Source: Candidatus Micrarchaeota archaeon
Lineage (GTDB): Archaea > Micrarchaeota > Micrarchaeia > Norongarragalinales > SBBD01
DNA length: 46,895 nucleotides
NCBI GenBank assembly: GCA_043806595.1
Contig: JAZDGU010000034.1
Location: 1-46,895 of the forward strand
Direction: 5' to 3'
Position numbers and translations under genes: made by a program. Shown piece after piece: positions 36,466-46,700 of this stretch; the stretch's first letter is position 1; every line of letters starts with the position of its first letter. Below the pieces are notes generated by a model, which was given only the letters and a program-made list of their open reading frames with translations, searched no databases and was not told the DNA's origin.

Positions 36466-37499
36466 TTCCACACACCCGGGATTGGGGCTTTGCAGGAAGG
36501 GCATTTGCCGTTGAAATCAAGGGTGTCGACGGAAAAGCCCGAGCGACGGATGAGAATCTTGCCGCACTTGGGGCAGAAGGTGGACTCGCTTTCCGCATGC
36601 TCGACGTTGCCCGCGTAGACGAACCGGAGGCCGGCGTCAATGCCGATCCTGCGGGCGCGGAGGAGGGATGAAAGCGGCGTGGGCGGCTTGTCGGCCATCC
36701 GGTATTCGGGACGGAAGGCGGTGACGTGCCACGGGACGTCCCTGCCCACGCCGGCGATGAATTCCGCTATCTGCCGGAGTTCCGCGGAGGAATCGTTCAT
36801 GCCGGGGATGACGAGAGTAGTTACCTCGACCCAGGCCCCCAGCTTGTGGTACTGTCTTATCGTGTCGAGGACGGGCTGTAGGCGCGACTTGCAGACCCTC
36901 CGGTAGATTCCGTCGTCGAAGGACTTCAGGTCCACGTTTACGGCGTCAAGATGCGGGGCGATTGCCTTTACCGCCTCCTTGCTGGAGAAGCCGTTTGAGA
37001 CGTAGACCGTTCGGATCTTCTTCTTGTGAGCGAGTTGGAAGGTGTCAAGCGCCCACTCGTGCAGGATTCCAGGCTCGTTGTAGGTGAAGGCAACCGCCGG
37101 TATGCCGTTCGCTTGACAGTAGTTGACAATCTTTTCAGGCGGCCATGTTTCAGTGAAGAGGTCCTCCTCGCGGAAACCCGTCCCCCGCTTCACTCGCGCG
37201 AGCTTCACCGCCTGGGAGATGTCCCAGTTCTGGCAGAAGTCGCACCCGAAGTTGCACCCAAGCGTCCCAAGGGAAAAAATCCGGCGGCCGGGAAGGAAAT
37301 GGAATAGCGGCTTCTTCTCCACGGGGTCGACGCAGACCGAGACCGGCGAGCCGTAGGCGAGCAAATACAGCTTGCCGCGCAGGTTCTTGCGCACGCCGCA
37401 CGCCCCGGAATGCCCGGGCGAAACCTCGCAGTAGTGCGCGCACGCGGTGCATCTGACTTTGCCGCCGGGTAGCCGCTTGTACAGCTTCGCCTCGTGCAT
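36462..37499 (-). CDS. amrS: AmmeMemoRadiSam system radical SAM enzyme
   Basis: N-terminal CxxCxxxC..CGVR, DPVEKKPLFHF, GCNFGCDFCQNWDISQ, FTYNEP, YAGN and C-terminal CPKC/CPSC. Confidence 0.94.
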   Translation of the reverse strand: MHEAKLYKRLPGGKVRCTACAHYCEVSPGHSGACGVRKNLRGKLYLLAYGSPVSVCVDPVEKKPLFHFLPGRRIFSLGTLGCNFGCDFCQNWDISQAVKLARVKRGTGFREEDLFTETWPPEKIVNYCQANGIPAVAFTYNEPGILHEWALDTFQLAHKKKIRTVYVSNGFSSKEAVKAIAPHLDAVNVDLKSFDDGIYRRVCKSRLQPVLDTIRQYHKLGAWVEVTTLVIPGMNDSSAELRQIAEFIAGVGRDVPWHVTAFRPEYRMADKPPTPLSSLLRARRIGIDAGLRFVYAGNVEHAESESTFCPKCGKILIRRSGFSVDTLDFNGKCPSCKAPIPGVWK

Positions 37500-37642
37500 G
37501 GAACGAAATAGGGAAGCCGGGTTTATACGCGTGACGGTCGGGAGGGTATGCAGAACGGCGCGCGCTGGAATCGAATTATTTATAAGCCGTTTGGCACATA
37601 AGATGAATTTGCGTTTGAAGGGAGGGGCAAGTGGTCACTGAC

Positions 37643-39040
37643 ATGCAGAGGGACAGCGAAGGCACGAAGCTGGACAAATATCCGGCCGAGCCTTTCCGCA
37701 CCAAGGTCGTCGAGCCGATAAGGCTGCCTTCACGGGAGGAGCGCGAGAGGCTCATCAAGGAGGCGGGCTACAACGTGTTCCGGCTGAAGTCCGAGGACTG
37801 CTACATCGACCTGCTGACCGACTCGGGCACGAGCGCGATGAGCGACAGGCAGATGGCGGCGTTGATGTTGGGGAACCAGGCATATGCCGGGAGCAGGAAC
37901 TATTTCGAGCTGGAGAAGGTAGTCAAGGACATCTTCGGGTTCAGGCACATGACGCCCGTGCACCAGGGCAGGGCGGCGGAAAACATCCTATTCTCCTCGA
38001 TTGTGAGGAAGGGGCACAAGGTGCCGAACAACTCGCACTTCGACACCACACGCGCGAACGTCGTCAACAACGGCGGCGAGGCCGTGAATTTCCCAGTTGC
38101 CGAGCTCAGGCAGTTCGGCACGCCCGCGCCGTTCAAGGGCAACATGGACGTGGCGAAGCTCAAGGCGTTCCTGTCAAAGCATGCAAAGGAAGTGCCCGTG
38201 ATCATGCTCACGGTGACGAACAACACCGGCGGAGGGCAGCCCGTCTCCATGCAGAACATCCGCGAGACATCGCAGGCCGCCCGCGAATTCGGAATCCCGT
38301 TCTACCTCGATGCCTGCAGGTACGCCGAGAACGCCTATTTCATCCAGCAGAGGGAACCGGGCTATGCGGGCAAGAGCATACATGAAATCGCCAAGGAGAT
38401 GTTCTCGTACGCCGACGGATGCACGTTTTCCGCGAAGAAGGACGGCCTCGTGAACATCGGCGGGCTGGTCTGCACGAACGACGGCGCGGTCTTCGAGAAG
38501 TGCCGGGAAAGGCTGATTCTCATGGAAGGGTTCCCCACGTACGGCGGCATGGCGTGCAGGGACCTGCAGGTGCTCGCCGTCGGGCTCCGCGAGGCGCAGG
38601 ATCAGGCTTACATGGAGCAGCGCATCGGACAGGTGGCGAGGTTCGCGGAAATGGTCAGGGCGTACGGGCTGCCGATTGCGGAGCCTCCCGGCGGGCACGC
38701 GGTGTACGTCGACGCCAAGAAGCTGCTCCCCCACGTCCCGCCTGATCAGTTCCCGGCGCAAGTGCTTGCGGTAGAGCTCTACAAGGAAAGCGGGGTGCGC
38801 GGCGTCGAGCTGGGCACATGCGCCTTCGGAGGGATCGACGCAAACGGCAAGTGCATCCCCCACGATTACGAGCTACTCCGGCTTGCGGTGCCGCGAAGGG
38901 TGTATTCCGACAGGCAGCTCAAGGTCGCGGCCGACGCGCTGGGAAGGATATCGAAGAGGGCCAAGCAGCTCAGGGGCTTCAAGCTTGTGGAAGGTGCAGG
39001 GGAGCTCAGGCACTTCATCGCGACATTCGAGCCCCTCTGA
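37643..39040 (+). CDS. tnaA: Tryptophanase (tryptophan indole-lyase)
   Basis: IDLLTDSGT, HQGRAAE, SAKKD (PLP Lys) and EGFPTYGG. HFDTT, VELG and LRHF carry Trpase-type rather than tyrosine phenol-lyase-type residues. Confidence 0.9.
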   Translation: MQRDSEGTKLDKYPAEPFRTKVVEPIRLPSREERERLIKEAGYNVFRLKSEDCYIDLLTDSGTSAMSDRQMAALMLGNQAYAGSRNYFELEKVVKDIFGFRHMTPVHQGRAAENILFSSIVRKGHKVPNNSHFDTTRANVVNNGGEAVNFPVAELRQFGTPAPFKGNMDVAKLKAFLSKHAKEVPVIMLTVTNNTGGGQPVSMQNIRETSQAAREFGIPFYLDACRYAENAYFIQQREPGYAGKSIHEIAKEMFSYADGCTFSAKKDGLVNIGGLVCTNDGAVFEKCRERLILMEGFPTYGGMACRDLQVLAVGLREAQDQAYMEQRIGQVARFAEMVRAYGLPIAEPPGGHAVYVDAKKLLPHVPPDQFPAQVLAVELYKESGVRGVELGTCAFGGIDANGKCIPHDYELLRLAVPRRVYSDRQLKVAADALGRISKRAKQLRGFKLVEGAGELRHFIATFEPL

Positions 39041-39046
39041 AGGCCA

Positions 39047-39529
39047 TTACAGCAGCGCGCCCTTCAGCTCGTCCTTCAAATGCACCACGCGCAGCTTGCC
39101 CGATGTCGACACGTCCACGACGCCCTTCTGCTCAAGCTTCTGCACTACGCGGTGGGCCTTCAGCCGCGTCATCCCCGGTAGGCGCGAAATCTCCGCCTGC
39201 ATAATCCTGCCGCCGTTCTTCAGGAGTTCGCGCACCACTACCTTATCGTCCGGATTGAGGAACCTCAGCAGCATTTCCGCGGCCACCTTTGCCTCAACAC
39301 CCTTCTTCTCCGCCGTACGGCCGACGAGGAAGAAGACACCGGCACCCACGACCACGCCGAACATGGCGAGCAGCACCATGAACTCCACGTGGAAGCTCAC
39401 GATGAACTCGAAGAACGGTGCAAGGTTGGAGCCGTGGGGCGGCTGGTAGGAAAAGATTGTGAGAAGCACGAGGAATATGAACAGCGCAAGCATCGCGACC
39501 GCGACGGCAATCCTCCTATTTGAAACCAT
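39047..39529 (-). CDS. Membrane-anchored (2 TM) winged-helix transcriptional regulator
   Basis: Two TM helices followed by LNPDDKVVV..QAEI..GMTRLKAHRVVQKLEQKGVV..GK. Confidence 0.85.
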   Translation of the reverse strand: MVSNRRIAVAVAMLALFIFLVLLTIFSYQPPHGSNLAPFFEFIVSFHVEFMVLLAMFGVVVGAGVFFLVGRTAEKKGVEAKVAAEMLLRFLNPDDKVVVRELLKNGGRIMQAEISRLPGMTRLKAHRVVQKLEQKGVVDVSTSGKLRVVHLKDELKGALL

Positions 39530-39597
39530 TGTTTCACCTTTTTGTAACATATTGGCCGGTTGTTTCAAGAATTTATATATATTGTTTCAACCATTGA
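39521..39597. promoter_or_regulatory. Candidate operator repeats between the regulator and the copper operon
   Basis: TTGTTTCA at 39529, 39560 and 39582. TGAAAC-catt-GTTTCA inverted repeat at 39521-39536. Interleaved with TATA-like tracts. Confidence 0.55.
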
Positions 39598-39656
39598 TAT
39601 ATATATAATGCCGCGGCCGTAACCGCTTTTTGGCCTGCGGCGGCGAAGGTGGAAGC

Positions 39657-40097
39657 ATGGAACACGGAATGAAGATGCTCGCATTGTTCGCGGTTTCGGG
39701 GTTGCTCGGGCTGGCCATGTTCGCGATGGCGACGGCGCCCGAGGCGCCCCAGAATGCCGCAGGAAAAACGGAAGCCGCCGAATTGCAGAAACCCGTTGAA
39801 ACCGGAAGCGCGGAAAACGAGGCCCCGGCCGGGCCGCAGGTCGTGGAAGTCAAGGCGCTCTCCACGGGGTTCTACGACAAGCAGGAGGTGAGGGTCAAGG
39901 CAGGCGAGCCGGTATTGTTCCGGTTCAGCGCGGAAGGCAACGCCGGATGCGGCAAGCTGCTCGAGATCCCGGACTACAACGTGAGGCTGATATCGAGGAA
40001 CGGGGAGACCGCGGAAGCGACGTTCGTGCCACAAAAGGGCTGGCACGCATACAGGTGCGGCATGAACATGTTCCGCGGAGTCCTTGTTGCCGAATAA
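39657..40097 (+). CDS. Cupredoxin-domain protein (CupA-like) with N-terminal membrane anchor
   Basis: VRVKAGEPVLFRF..GC..F.P.KG..YRCGMNMFRG. Confidence 0.88.
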   Translation: MEHGMKMLALFAVSGLLGLAMFAMATAPEAPQNAAGKTEAAELQKPVETGSAENEAPAGPQVVEVKALSTGFYDKQEVRVKAGEPVLFRFSAEGNAGCGKLLEIPDYNVRLISRNGETAEATFVPQKGWHAYRCGMNMFRGVLVAE

Positions 40098-40111
40098 AAA
40101 GGGGGAGAATA

Positions 40112-40315
40112 ATGAAAGCGACGTTCAAGGTGCCGAAAATGCACTGCGACAGCTGCAATTGGCTGATAAGCGAGAATGTGAAGGAAGTCGAGGGCGTGAC
40201 CTCGGTCAAGGCGGATTACACGAAGCACGAGGTCTCCGTCGAATACGGCAGGCCTGCCGACGAAGGAAAGATCATAGAAGCCATCCAGAAGGAGGGGGGC
40301 TATAAGGTGGTTTAG
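40112..40315 (+). CDS. copZ: Copper chaperone (HMA domain)
   Basis: MHCDSC motif and C-terminal GYKV, 67 aa. Confidence 0.9.
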   Translation: MKATFKVPKMHCDSCNWLISENVKEVEGVTSVKADYTKHEVSVEYGRPADEGKIIEAIQKEGGYKVV

Positions 40316-41226
40316 TGCAGAAAACGTTGTTTATGCCGGATTTGAACTGCGAGTCGTGCGAGGGCGTGCTAAGGAAAATCGCCTCAAGGAACGGCGTTCA
40401 GGTCATGGCCGCCGACTATAAGGAGAAGACCGCAATCCTTGAAGGTACGGAAGAATCGTTTACCAAGACCGTTGAGGCCCTCAAGGCCGCCGGGTATGAA
40501 AGCTCGATGGAACGGATGCCAACGCAGCCAGGTGCACTCGGCCTGTTCGCCGAATTCGCCACAGCCGCGATTGCGCGGAGGAAGGGTTTCGAAGCCGAGG
40601 CGGACGCCTTCATCGTGGCGGCGTACGCCTTCGTGCTCCTCGCCGCGGCGACACTAGCGCTGAACTATGCCGGGCTGTTCAGGCTCGAGGGTCCGCAGTT
40701 CTATTACGCGGGGCTCTCGGCTTTCGCAACGGCGATGCTGGCGGGAATCTCGTGGCAGGTGCAGGCCTACAGGGGCAACTTCTCGCACATGAACGGCATG
40801 ATGGTCGGCATGACAATCGGCATGAGCGCCGGGTTCCTTGCGGGGGCGATTGTCGGCGCCACGAACGGCATGTTCATCGGTAGCGTCTTCGGGATGGCCG
40901 CGGGCATGCTCCTCGGCGCCTATCTCGGATACTGCTGCGGGGTAATGGGCGCCCTCGAGGGCATGATGGGCGGCCTGATGGCCGGCACCATGGGCGCGAT
41001 GCTCTCGGTGATGATGGTCTTCGACAACCTCGACGCGTTCCTCGCCATCCTTTTCGCGTGCTTCACTGCGATAAACGCGGGGCTTTCCTACATGGTCCGC
41101 AAGGAAAACCGGGGCGAGCGCGCGGGAAGCCCGGGCAGGTTGCCGTTCCTCGCGTTTTCCCTGCTGGCGCATACGGCGATACTGTTCACGATGACGCAGT
41201 TGCCGGCCGGCATTCGCGTCATATAG
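40315..41226 (+). CDS. HMA-domain fused Met/Gly-rich polytopic membrane protein
   Basis: N-terminal LNCESC..AGY HMA domain followed by TM region [36 protein letters not shown]. Confidence 0.85.
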   Translation: MQKTLFMPDLNCESCEGVLRKIASRNGVQVMAADYKEKTAILEGTEESFTKTVEALKAAGYESSMERMPTQPGALGLFAEFATAAIARRKGFEAEADAFIVAAYAFVLLAAATLALNYAGLFRLEGPQFYYAGLSAFATAMLAGISWQVQAYRGNFSHMNGMMVGMTIGMSAGFLAGAIVGATNGMFIGSVFGMAAGMLLGAYLGYCCGVMGALEGMMGGLMAGTMGAMLSVMMVFDNLDAFLAILFACFTAINAGLSYMVRKENRGERAGSPGRLPFLAFSLLAHTAILFTMTQLPAGIRVI

Positions 41227-41242
41227 CTATAGGTGGAATCCC

Positions 41243-43420
41243 TTGGAAAAAACCCAGCTCGAGATATTCGGAATGCACTGTGCGACGTGCGCGCTCAGGG
41301 TCACCAAGGCGCTCAAGAAGGCCCCCGGAGTGGCCGATGCGAGTGTTAACTACGCGACGGAAAAGGCCAGCGTGGAATATGACGGTAAGTTGGCCACGCA
41401 TGAGAGCCTGATTGCGGCCGTGGAAAAGGAGGGGTACCGGGCGTACGCGCCGGCCGCCGGGGGGGAAGGAGAGAGGCACGACCATGCGGCGATGCTCAGG
41501 GAGGGGGAAAACCGGGAATTGATGAGGAAGACCGTTTTCGCGTTCGCGCTTGCCATTCCGGCGTTCCTTATCGGCATGATGATATTGGAGGTGCCTTACC
41601 GCGGCTTGGTGCTCTGGGCGCTGACCACCCCCGTGCAGTTCTACGCCGGAAGCCAGTTCTACCGGGGTGCGATAGCCGGCCTGCGCTCGAAAACCGCGAA
41701 CATGGACACGCTCGTAGCCCTCGGCACAAGCGCGGCGTACGCATATTCGGTGGCGTTCCTGCTCGGCTGGGTAGGCGAACAATACTTCGAAATCGGCGCC
41801 GTTCTCATCTCCTTCGTTCTGCTCGGGAAATACCTCGAGGCAAGGGCCAAGGGAAGGGCGTCAACGGCCATAAAGAAGCTGATGAACCTGTCGCCCAAGA
41901 GTGCCGTGGTCGTCAAGGACGGAAGGGAGTTCAAGATGCCCATCGCGCTCGTCAAGCCGGGCGACGAGCTGCGAGCGAGGCCGGGGGAGAAGATCGCGGT
42001 GGACGGGACGGTGTTGCAGGGGAGTTCCAGCGTCGACGAATCGATGCTCACCGGCGAATCGATGCCCGTGGAAAAGACCGGGGGATCCAAAGTATTCGCC
42101 GCAACCATCAACAGGAACGGCACCCTGAACTACAGGGCGCTCAAGGTCGGCAACGACACCGTGCTCGCCCAGATCGTGAAAATTGTAGAGGAAGCGCAGG
42201 CCGGCAAGGCGCCGATCCAGAGGTTCGCGGACGAGGTCTCCGCGGTGTTCGTGCCCGTCGTCATCGGCATAGCGGCGGTGACCTTCATCGCATGGCTTGC
42301 CCTCGGGCAGCCGCTTTCGTTCGCTATGGTCAGCGCGGTCTCCGTGCTCGTGATCGCCTGCCCGTGCGCGCTCGGCCTTGCAACGCCGACGGCGATAATG
42401 GTCGGCACCGGCATGGGCGCGGAGAGGGGCATCCTCATCAAGGACGCGGGTGCGCTCGAACGCACCGGAAAAATCGACGCCATGGTCTTCGACAAGACGG
42501 GGACGATAACGCAGGGCAAGCCCGTGGTGACTGACGTGGTGTCGCTTTCCGGCCTCGGCGGCGACGAAATCCTCAGGCTGGCCGCATCCGTGGAGAAGCC
42601 GAGCGAACATCCCCTCGCGGAAGCCGTCTGCCTTGCAGCAAGGCAAAAGCGGCTGAAGATCTCAAAGGTGACTTCGTTCAAGGCCGAGGCGGGCAGGGGC
42701 GTCCGCGGCAGGATAGGAAATCGGACGTATTTGGTAGGAACGCCCGCCATCGCACGGAAGAATATTCCGGGGGTCGGGAAGTTGGAGGAACAGGGAAAGA
42801 CCGTGGTAGTGCTTTACGGCATCGTAAAAGGCGGGAAGCAGCCGCTCGGCGTCATCGCAATAAGGGACGAGCCGAAGCCCGGCGCCCGCGAGGCCGTTGA
42901 GACCCTCGAGGGCATGGGCATCAAACCTGTTCTCCTGACCGGGGACAACGAGAGGACCGCAAAGGCCATCGCCGCCGAAGTCGGGATAAAGCAAGTGGTC
43001 GCCGGCGTCATGCCGGACCGGAAGGCCGAGGAAATCCGGCGGCTCCAAAGAAGGGGGCACGTCGTGGCCATGGTCGGCGACGGAATCAATGACGCGCCGG
43101 CGCTCGCCCAGTCGGACGTCGGAATCGCCATGGCGAGCGGAACCGACGTCGCAATGGAAAGCGGGAACATCGTGCTCATGAAGAACGACGTCCGGGACGT
43201 CCCGCGGGCGATAAGGCTCGGGAGGAAGACGCTCTCGAAAATCCGACAAGGCCTGTTCTGGGCCATGGCCTACAACGTGCTCGGCATCCCGATTGCGGCT
43301 GGCGTCCTGTACCCGTTCACGGGAATCACGCTCAGCCCCATGATTGCCGGCGCGGCAATGGCATTGAGCAGCGTCTCCGTCGTGGCAAACGCCCTCTCGC
43401 TCAAAGCGGTGCGGATTTAG
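41243..43420 (+). CDS. copA: Cu(I)-translocating P1B-type ATPase
   Basis: GMHCATC, TGES, CPC, DKTGT, SEHP, GDGIND, YN and MALSS motifs. TTG start. Confidence 0.95.
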   Translation: MEKTQLEIFGMHCATCALRVTKALKKAPGVADASVNYATEKASVEYDGKLATHESLIAAVEKEGYRAYAPAAGGEGERHDHAAMLREGENRELMRKTVFAFALAIPAFLIGMMILEVPYRGLVLWALTTPVQFYAGSQFYRGAIAGLRSKTANMDTLVALGTSAAYAYSVAFLLGWVGEQYFEIGAVLISFVLLGKYLEARAKGRASTAIKKLMNLSPKSAVVVKDGREFKMPIALVKPGDELRARPGEKIAVDGTVLQGSSSVDESMLTGESMPVEKTGGSKVFAATINRNGTLNYRALKVGNDTVLAQIVKIVEEAQAGKAPIQRFADEVSAVFVPVVIGIAAVTFIAWLALGQPLSFAMVSAVSVLVIACPCALGLATPTAIMVGTGMGAERGILIKDAGALERTGKIDAMVFDKTGTITQGKPVVTDVVSLSGLGGDEILRLAASVEKPSEHPLAEAVCLAARQKRLKISKVTSFKAEAGRGVRGRIGNRTYLVGTPAIARKNIPGVGKLEEQGKTVVVLYGIVKGGKQPLGVIAIRDEPKPGAREAVETLEGMGIKPVLLTGDNERTAKAIAAEVGIKQVVAGVMPDRKAEEIRRLQRRGHVVAMVGDGINDAPALAQSDVGIAMASGTDVAMESGNIVLMKNDVRDVPRAIRLGRKTLSKIRQGLFWAMAYNVLGIPIAAGVLYPFTGITLSPMIAGAAMALSSVSVVANALSLKAVRI

Positions 43421-43716
43421 AATTGCGAAAATAAATCCTCAAAAAAATGAAATAATTACCACCCAATAGAAACAATTAACCACCAAGGAGTAACACAACC
43501 TTTATATTCTTTTACAAGGCTGATGAGTGCCTTCCAAAACGTTTGGAAGGGGGGAAGGGATTGCACGCACCTTTTACTGGCTGCAATGACTGTAGACTGA
43601 CGAGACTGTTAGTAGGAACGAGACCCCCGACTCCGGCAGACGGAATTACTATTTTTGCGTCATTGACGCCAGAAATTAGCCAGAATACCATTTACTGTAA
43701 GAAAGGGGGATGATAT

Positions 43717-46700
43717 ATGAAGAGAACAGCCATTAGGAAGTCCGCGGTCGTGACGCTCGGAAACGTGCTTTCCTCGAACGTCGGATATCTCCTCCTGCTG
43801 CTTGCAGCCATCCTCGTAACGTCGGGCATGCAGGTGGCGGCAAGCCAGGCCGCTCTCGCCGCGGACAAGGCCGGCTATCTTCCCGCGGAATCGGCGATTC
43901 TCTCGGGATCGAATTTCCTTCCCGCTTCACAAATCGGACTGACGCTGACCCTGCCGGACGGAACCGTCGAGGAGCTCCCCCCGCTCACCTCCGACGACTC
44001 CGGCGCGTTCTCCACGAGCCTGCAGCTCAGCAGCGCCGAGGGCCAGTACATGATCACTGCAACGGACAGCACGAACTCCGCCGAATCCTCGTTTTCCGTT
44101 GCCGTCCCCACGGAAGTCCCTCCAGAGCCGTCTCCCACTGAAACGCCTATAGTGACTGATGAGGCGACTGCATCCCCGACCGAGGAGGCTACCGTGGAAC
44201 CTACAGAGACTCCGGTGCCGACGGATGAGCCTTCCGTAACGCCCACTGAAACGCCGACGCCTTTGCCGACTGAGACACCGACGCCGACGGAAGAGGCACC
44301 CTCGGAAGTGATTGGCGAGGCCATTGGAGGCTTCTGCGGCGCAGGCGAAGGCGGTGAAAATGGCGGGGAATGCACGCCGACGCCGACCCCCACGCCCACA
44401 GCGACCCCGACCCCCAACTGCAGCGCCGGCCCAAACGTGACAAACATCGCCGTCTTTCCCAACCCGACGAACGGCAGAATAAACATCACTGCGACGGTAT
44501 ACGACAACTGCTCCACCATAAGGAACGCGGAATTCTTCTTCGACTACTGCGGCATGCCCGGCACCGGAATCCAAATCAGGCCGGCCGACGACAACCAGTT
44601 CAACAACGACAAGCACGTGGAATACGTCCGCAAACTCAACTACGACCACGCCCTTCCCGACGGCAGGCATGCCGTGTACATGAGGGGCAAGAACTCGCAG
44701 AACTACTGGGGAATGTGCAACTTCACGCCCTTCGACATAGACCTCATTCCTCCAGAGGACGTCCGCAACTTCACGGTGCCGTACTGGGCGTGCGCGGGCA
44801 ACCCGCCGATAACGGCCGAAATCTGCGACTCGCAGACCCCGATCGTCGCCGCGGAATACTTCCTCGATGGAACATGGGACCAGCTGCCGAACGGCTGGGG
44901 GTACCCGATGTCGCCCGCCGACGGCGGCTGGGGAGAGCTTTGCGAGGACGTCAACGGCACGATTAACGGAAGCGCGCTTATTGAGGGCCTGCACTGCGCC
45001 AAGCTGCACGGCCAGGACATGGCTACCAACTGGGGCAAGATGACCTTCATGACGCCTCAGTGCTTCGTCGTCGACCGCACTCCTCCCCGCACGGACAAGA
45101 CGGTCGGGACGCCGAAAATCGAGTGCGGCTACTACGGCGAAATGCAGGAGGCAGAGTCCTGCTGGTTCATAAACCAGTCCACAGGAATAACGATGAATGC
45201 AAGTGACCCGGTGCCCCCGGACGGCTACAATTCGGACAGCGTACTAACGCGTTACAGGATGAGGTACAAATACGATTACGACAGCGAATGGGACCCGTGG
45301 TCCGATTGGGCTGCTTACGGCGGCCCCATCCACATAACCGAGGACAGCATCCACGAAATAGAGTACTACAGCCATGACTTCTGCAGCAACGAGGAACAGC
45401 ACCACTTTGAAATCGACATCGTCGACACCAGGCCCCCGGTCAGCCAGAAGTTACTCGGCGGTCCGGCCGTGCCGTGCGGCGTTGGCGACGACTGCGACTT
45501 TTACATCAACCAGAGCACGACAATAACGCTTGAGTGCGAGGACCAGCAGCCGCATCCAGTCGGCGGAGAGACCATATATTACCGGACCAAACTGGACGAC
45601 CAGCCCTACACGGAATGGATGCAATACACCCAGCCGTTCACCTACCCCGAGGAATCGCGCCACGAAATCCAATGGTACTGCGTCGACGCGCTCGGAAACA
45701 CCGAGCAGGTACACACGCAAGTCGAAAAGGTCGACAGCCAGGCGCCAACCGTCGAGAAAATAGTGGGCGAGCCGAAGCACGAGTGCGTCCCGTTTGACGA
45801 AGACTGCGACTGGTACGTCAACCAGAGCACGCCGTTCACGCTAATTGCAACCGACTATGGTCACGCGGAGAACGAGACCATCGAAACCTACTACAAGTAC
45901 TGCTGGAATGACGGCGAAATCGAGGACTGCACGGAGTGGATGCTCTACACGGGGCCGTTCACGTACGCGCAGGACTCCTGGCACACCCTATATTACTACG
46001 CACTCGACTACATCGGTAACCCGAGCCAAGTCTACACCGAATACGACGTCGTGGACTCGCAGCCGCCCGAAGTAAGGAAATGGCTCGAAGGACCCAGGGT
46101 CGCATGCGAAGACATCGGACAGGACGACTGCGACTACTACATCACCCAAGACACAATAATCGGCTTCGAGTGCCATGACACCGAACCGCACCCAGTCGGC
46201 CACGAAGCGCTATATTACCGGTACAGGATAAACGACGGCGAATTCACCGACTGGATCCTATGGGTACAGCCCTTCTCGTTCGAGGAGGACTCCAGGCACA
46301 CCGTCGAATACTACTGCATGGACGCCCTCGGTAACATCAACGGCACGTTCACCGAAATCGACGTAGTGGACTCGCAGCCGCCCGAAACCACGAAGGAAGT
46401 CGGCGAACCCAAACACGCCTGCCAACCCGACGAGGAATGCGACTGGTACATCACGCAGGACACTGAAATCTCCCTGACCTGCACCGACCCCGAACCACAC
46501 CCGGTAGACCACACCGCGATATACTACCGCTACGCCATCAACGACGGAGAATTCACCGAATGGACGGCATACGAACAACCCTTCACCTACCCCGAAGACT
46601 CCAGACACACGCTAGAATACTACTGCACGGACCTGCTCGGCAACGAGGAACAAACGCAAACCGAAACCGACATCGTCGAGACAGTGCCACCGGTGACCAC

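Noticed and set aside
37643..39040. Tyrosine phenol-lyase
   Set aside because: It has Asp (HFDTT), Leu (VELG) and His (LRHF) where TPL has Thr, Arg and Phe.
43520..43560. Hammerhead ribozyme (CTGATGAG followed by a stem)
   Set aside because: No GAAA core after the stem and no stems I or III could be found.
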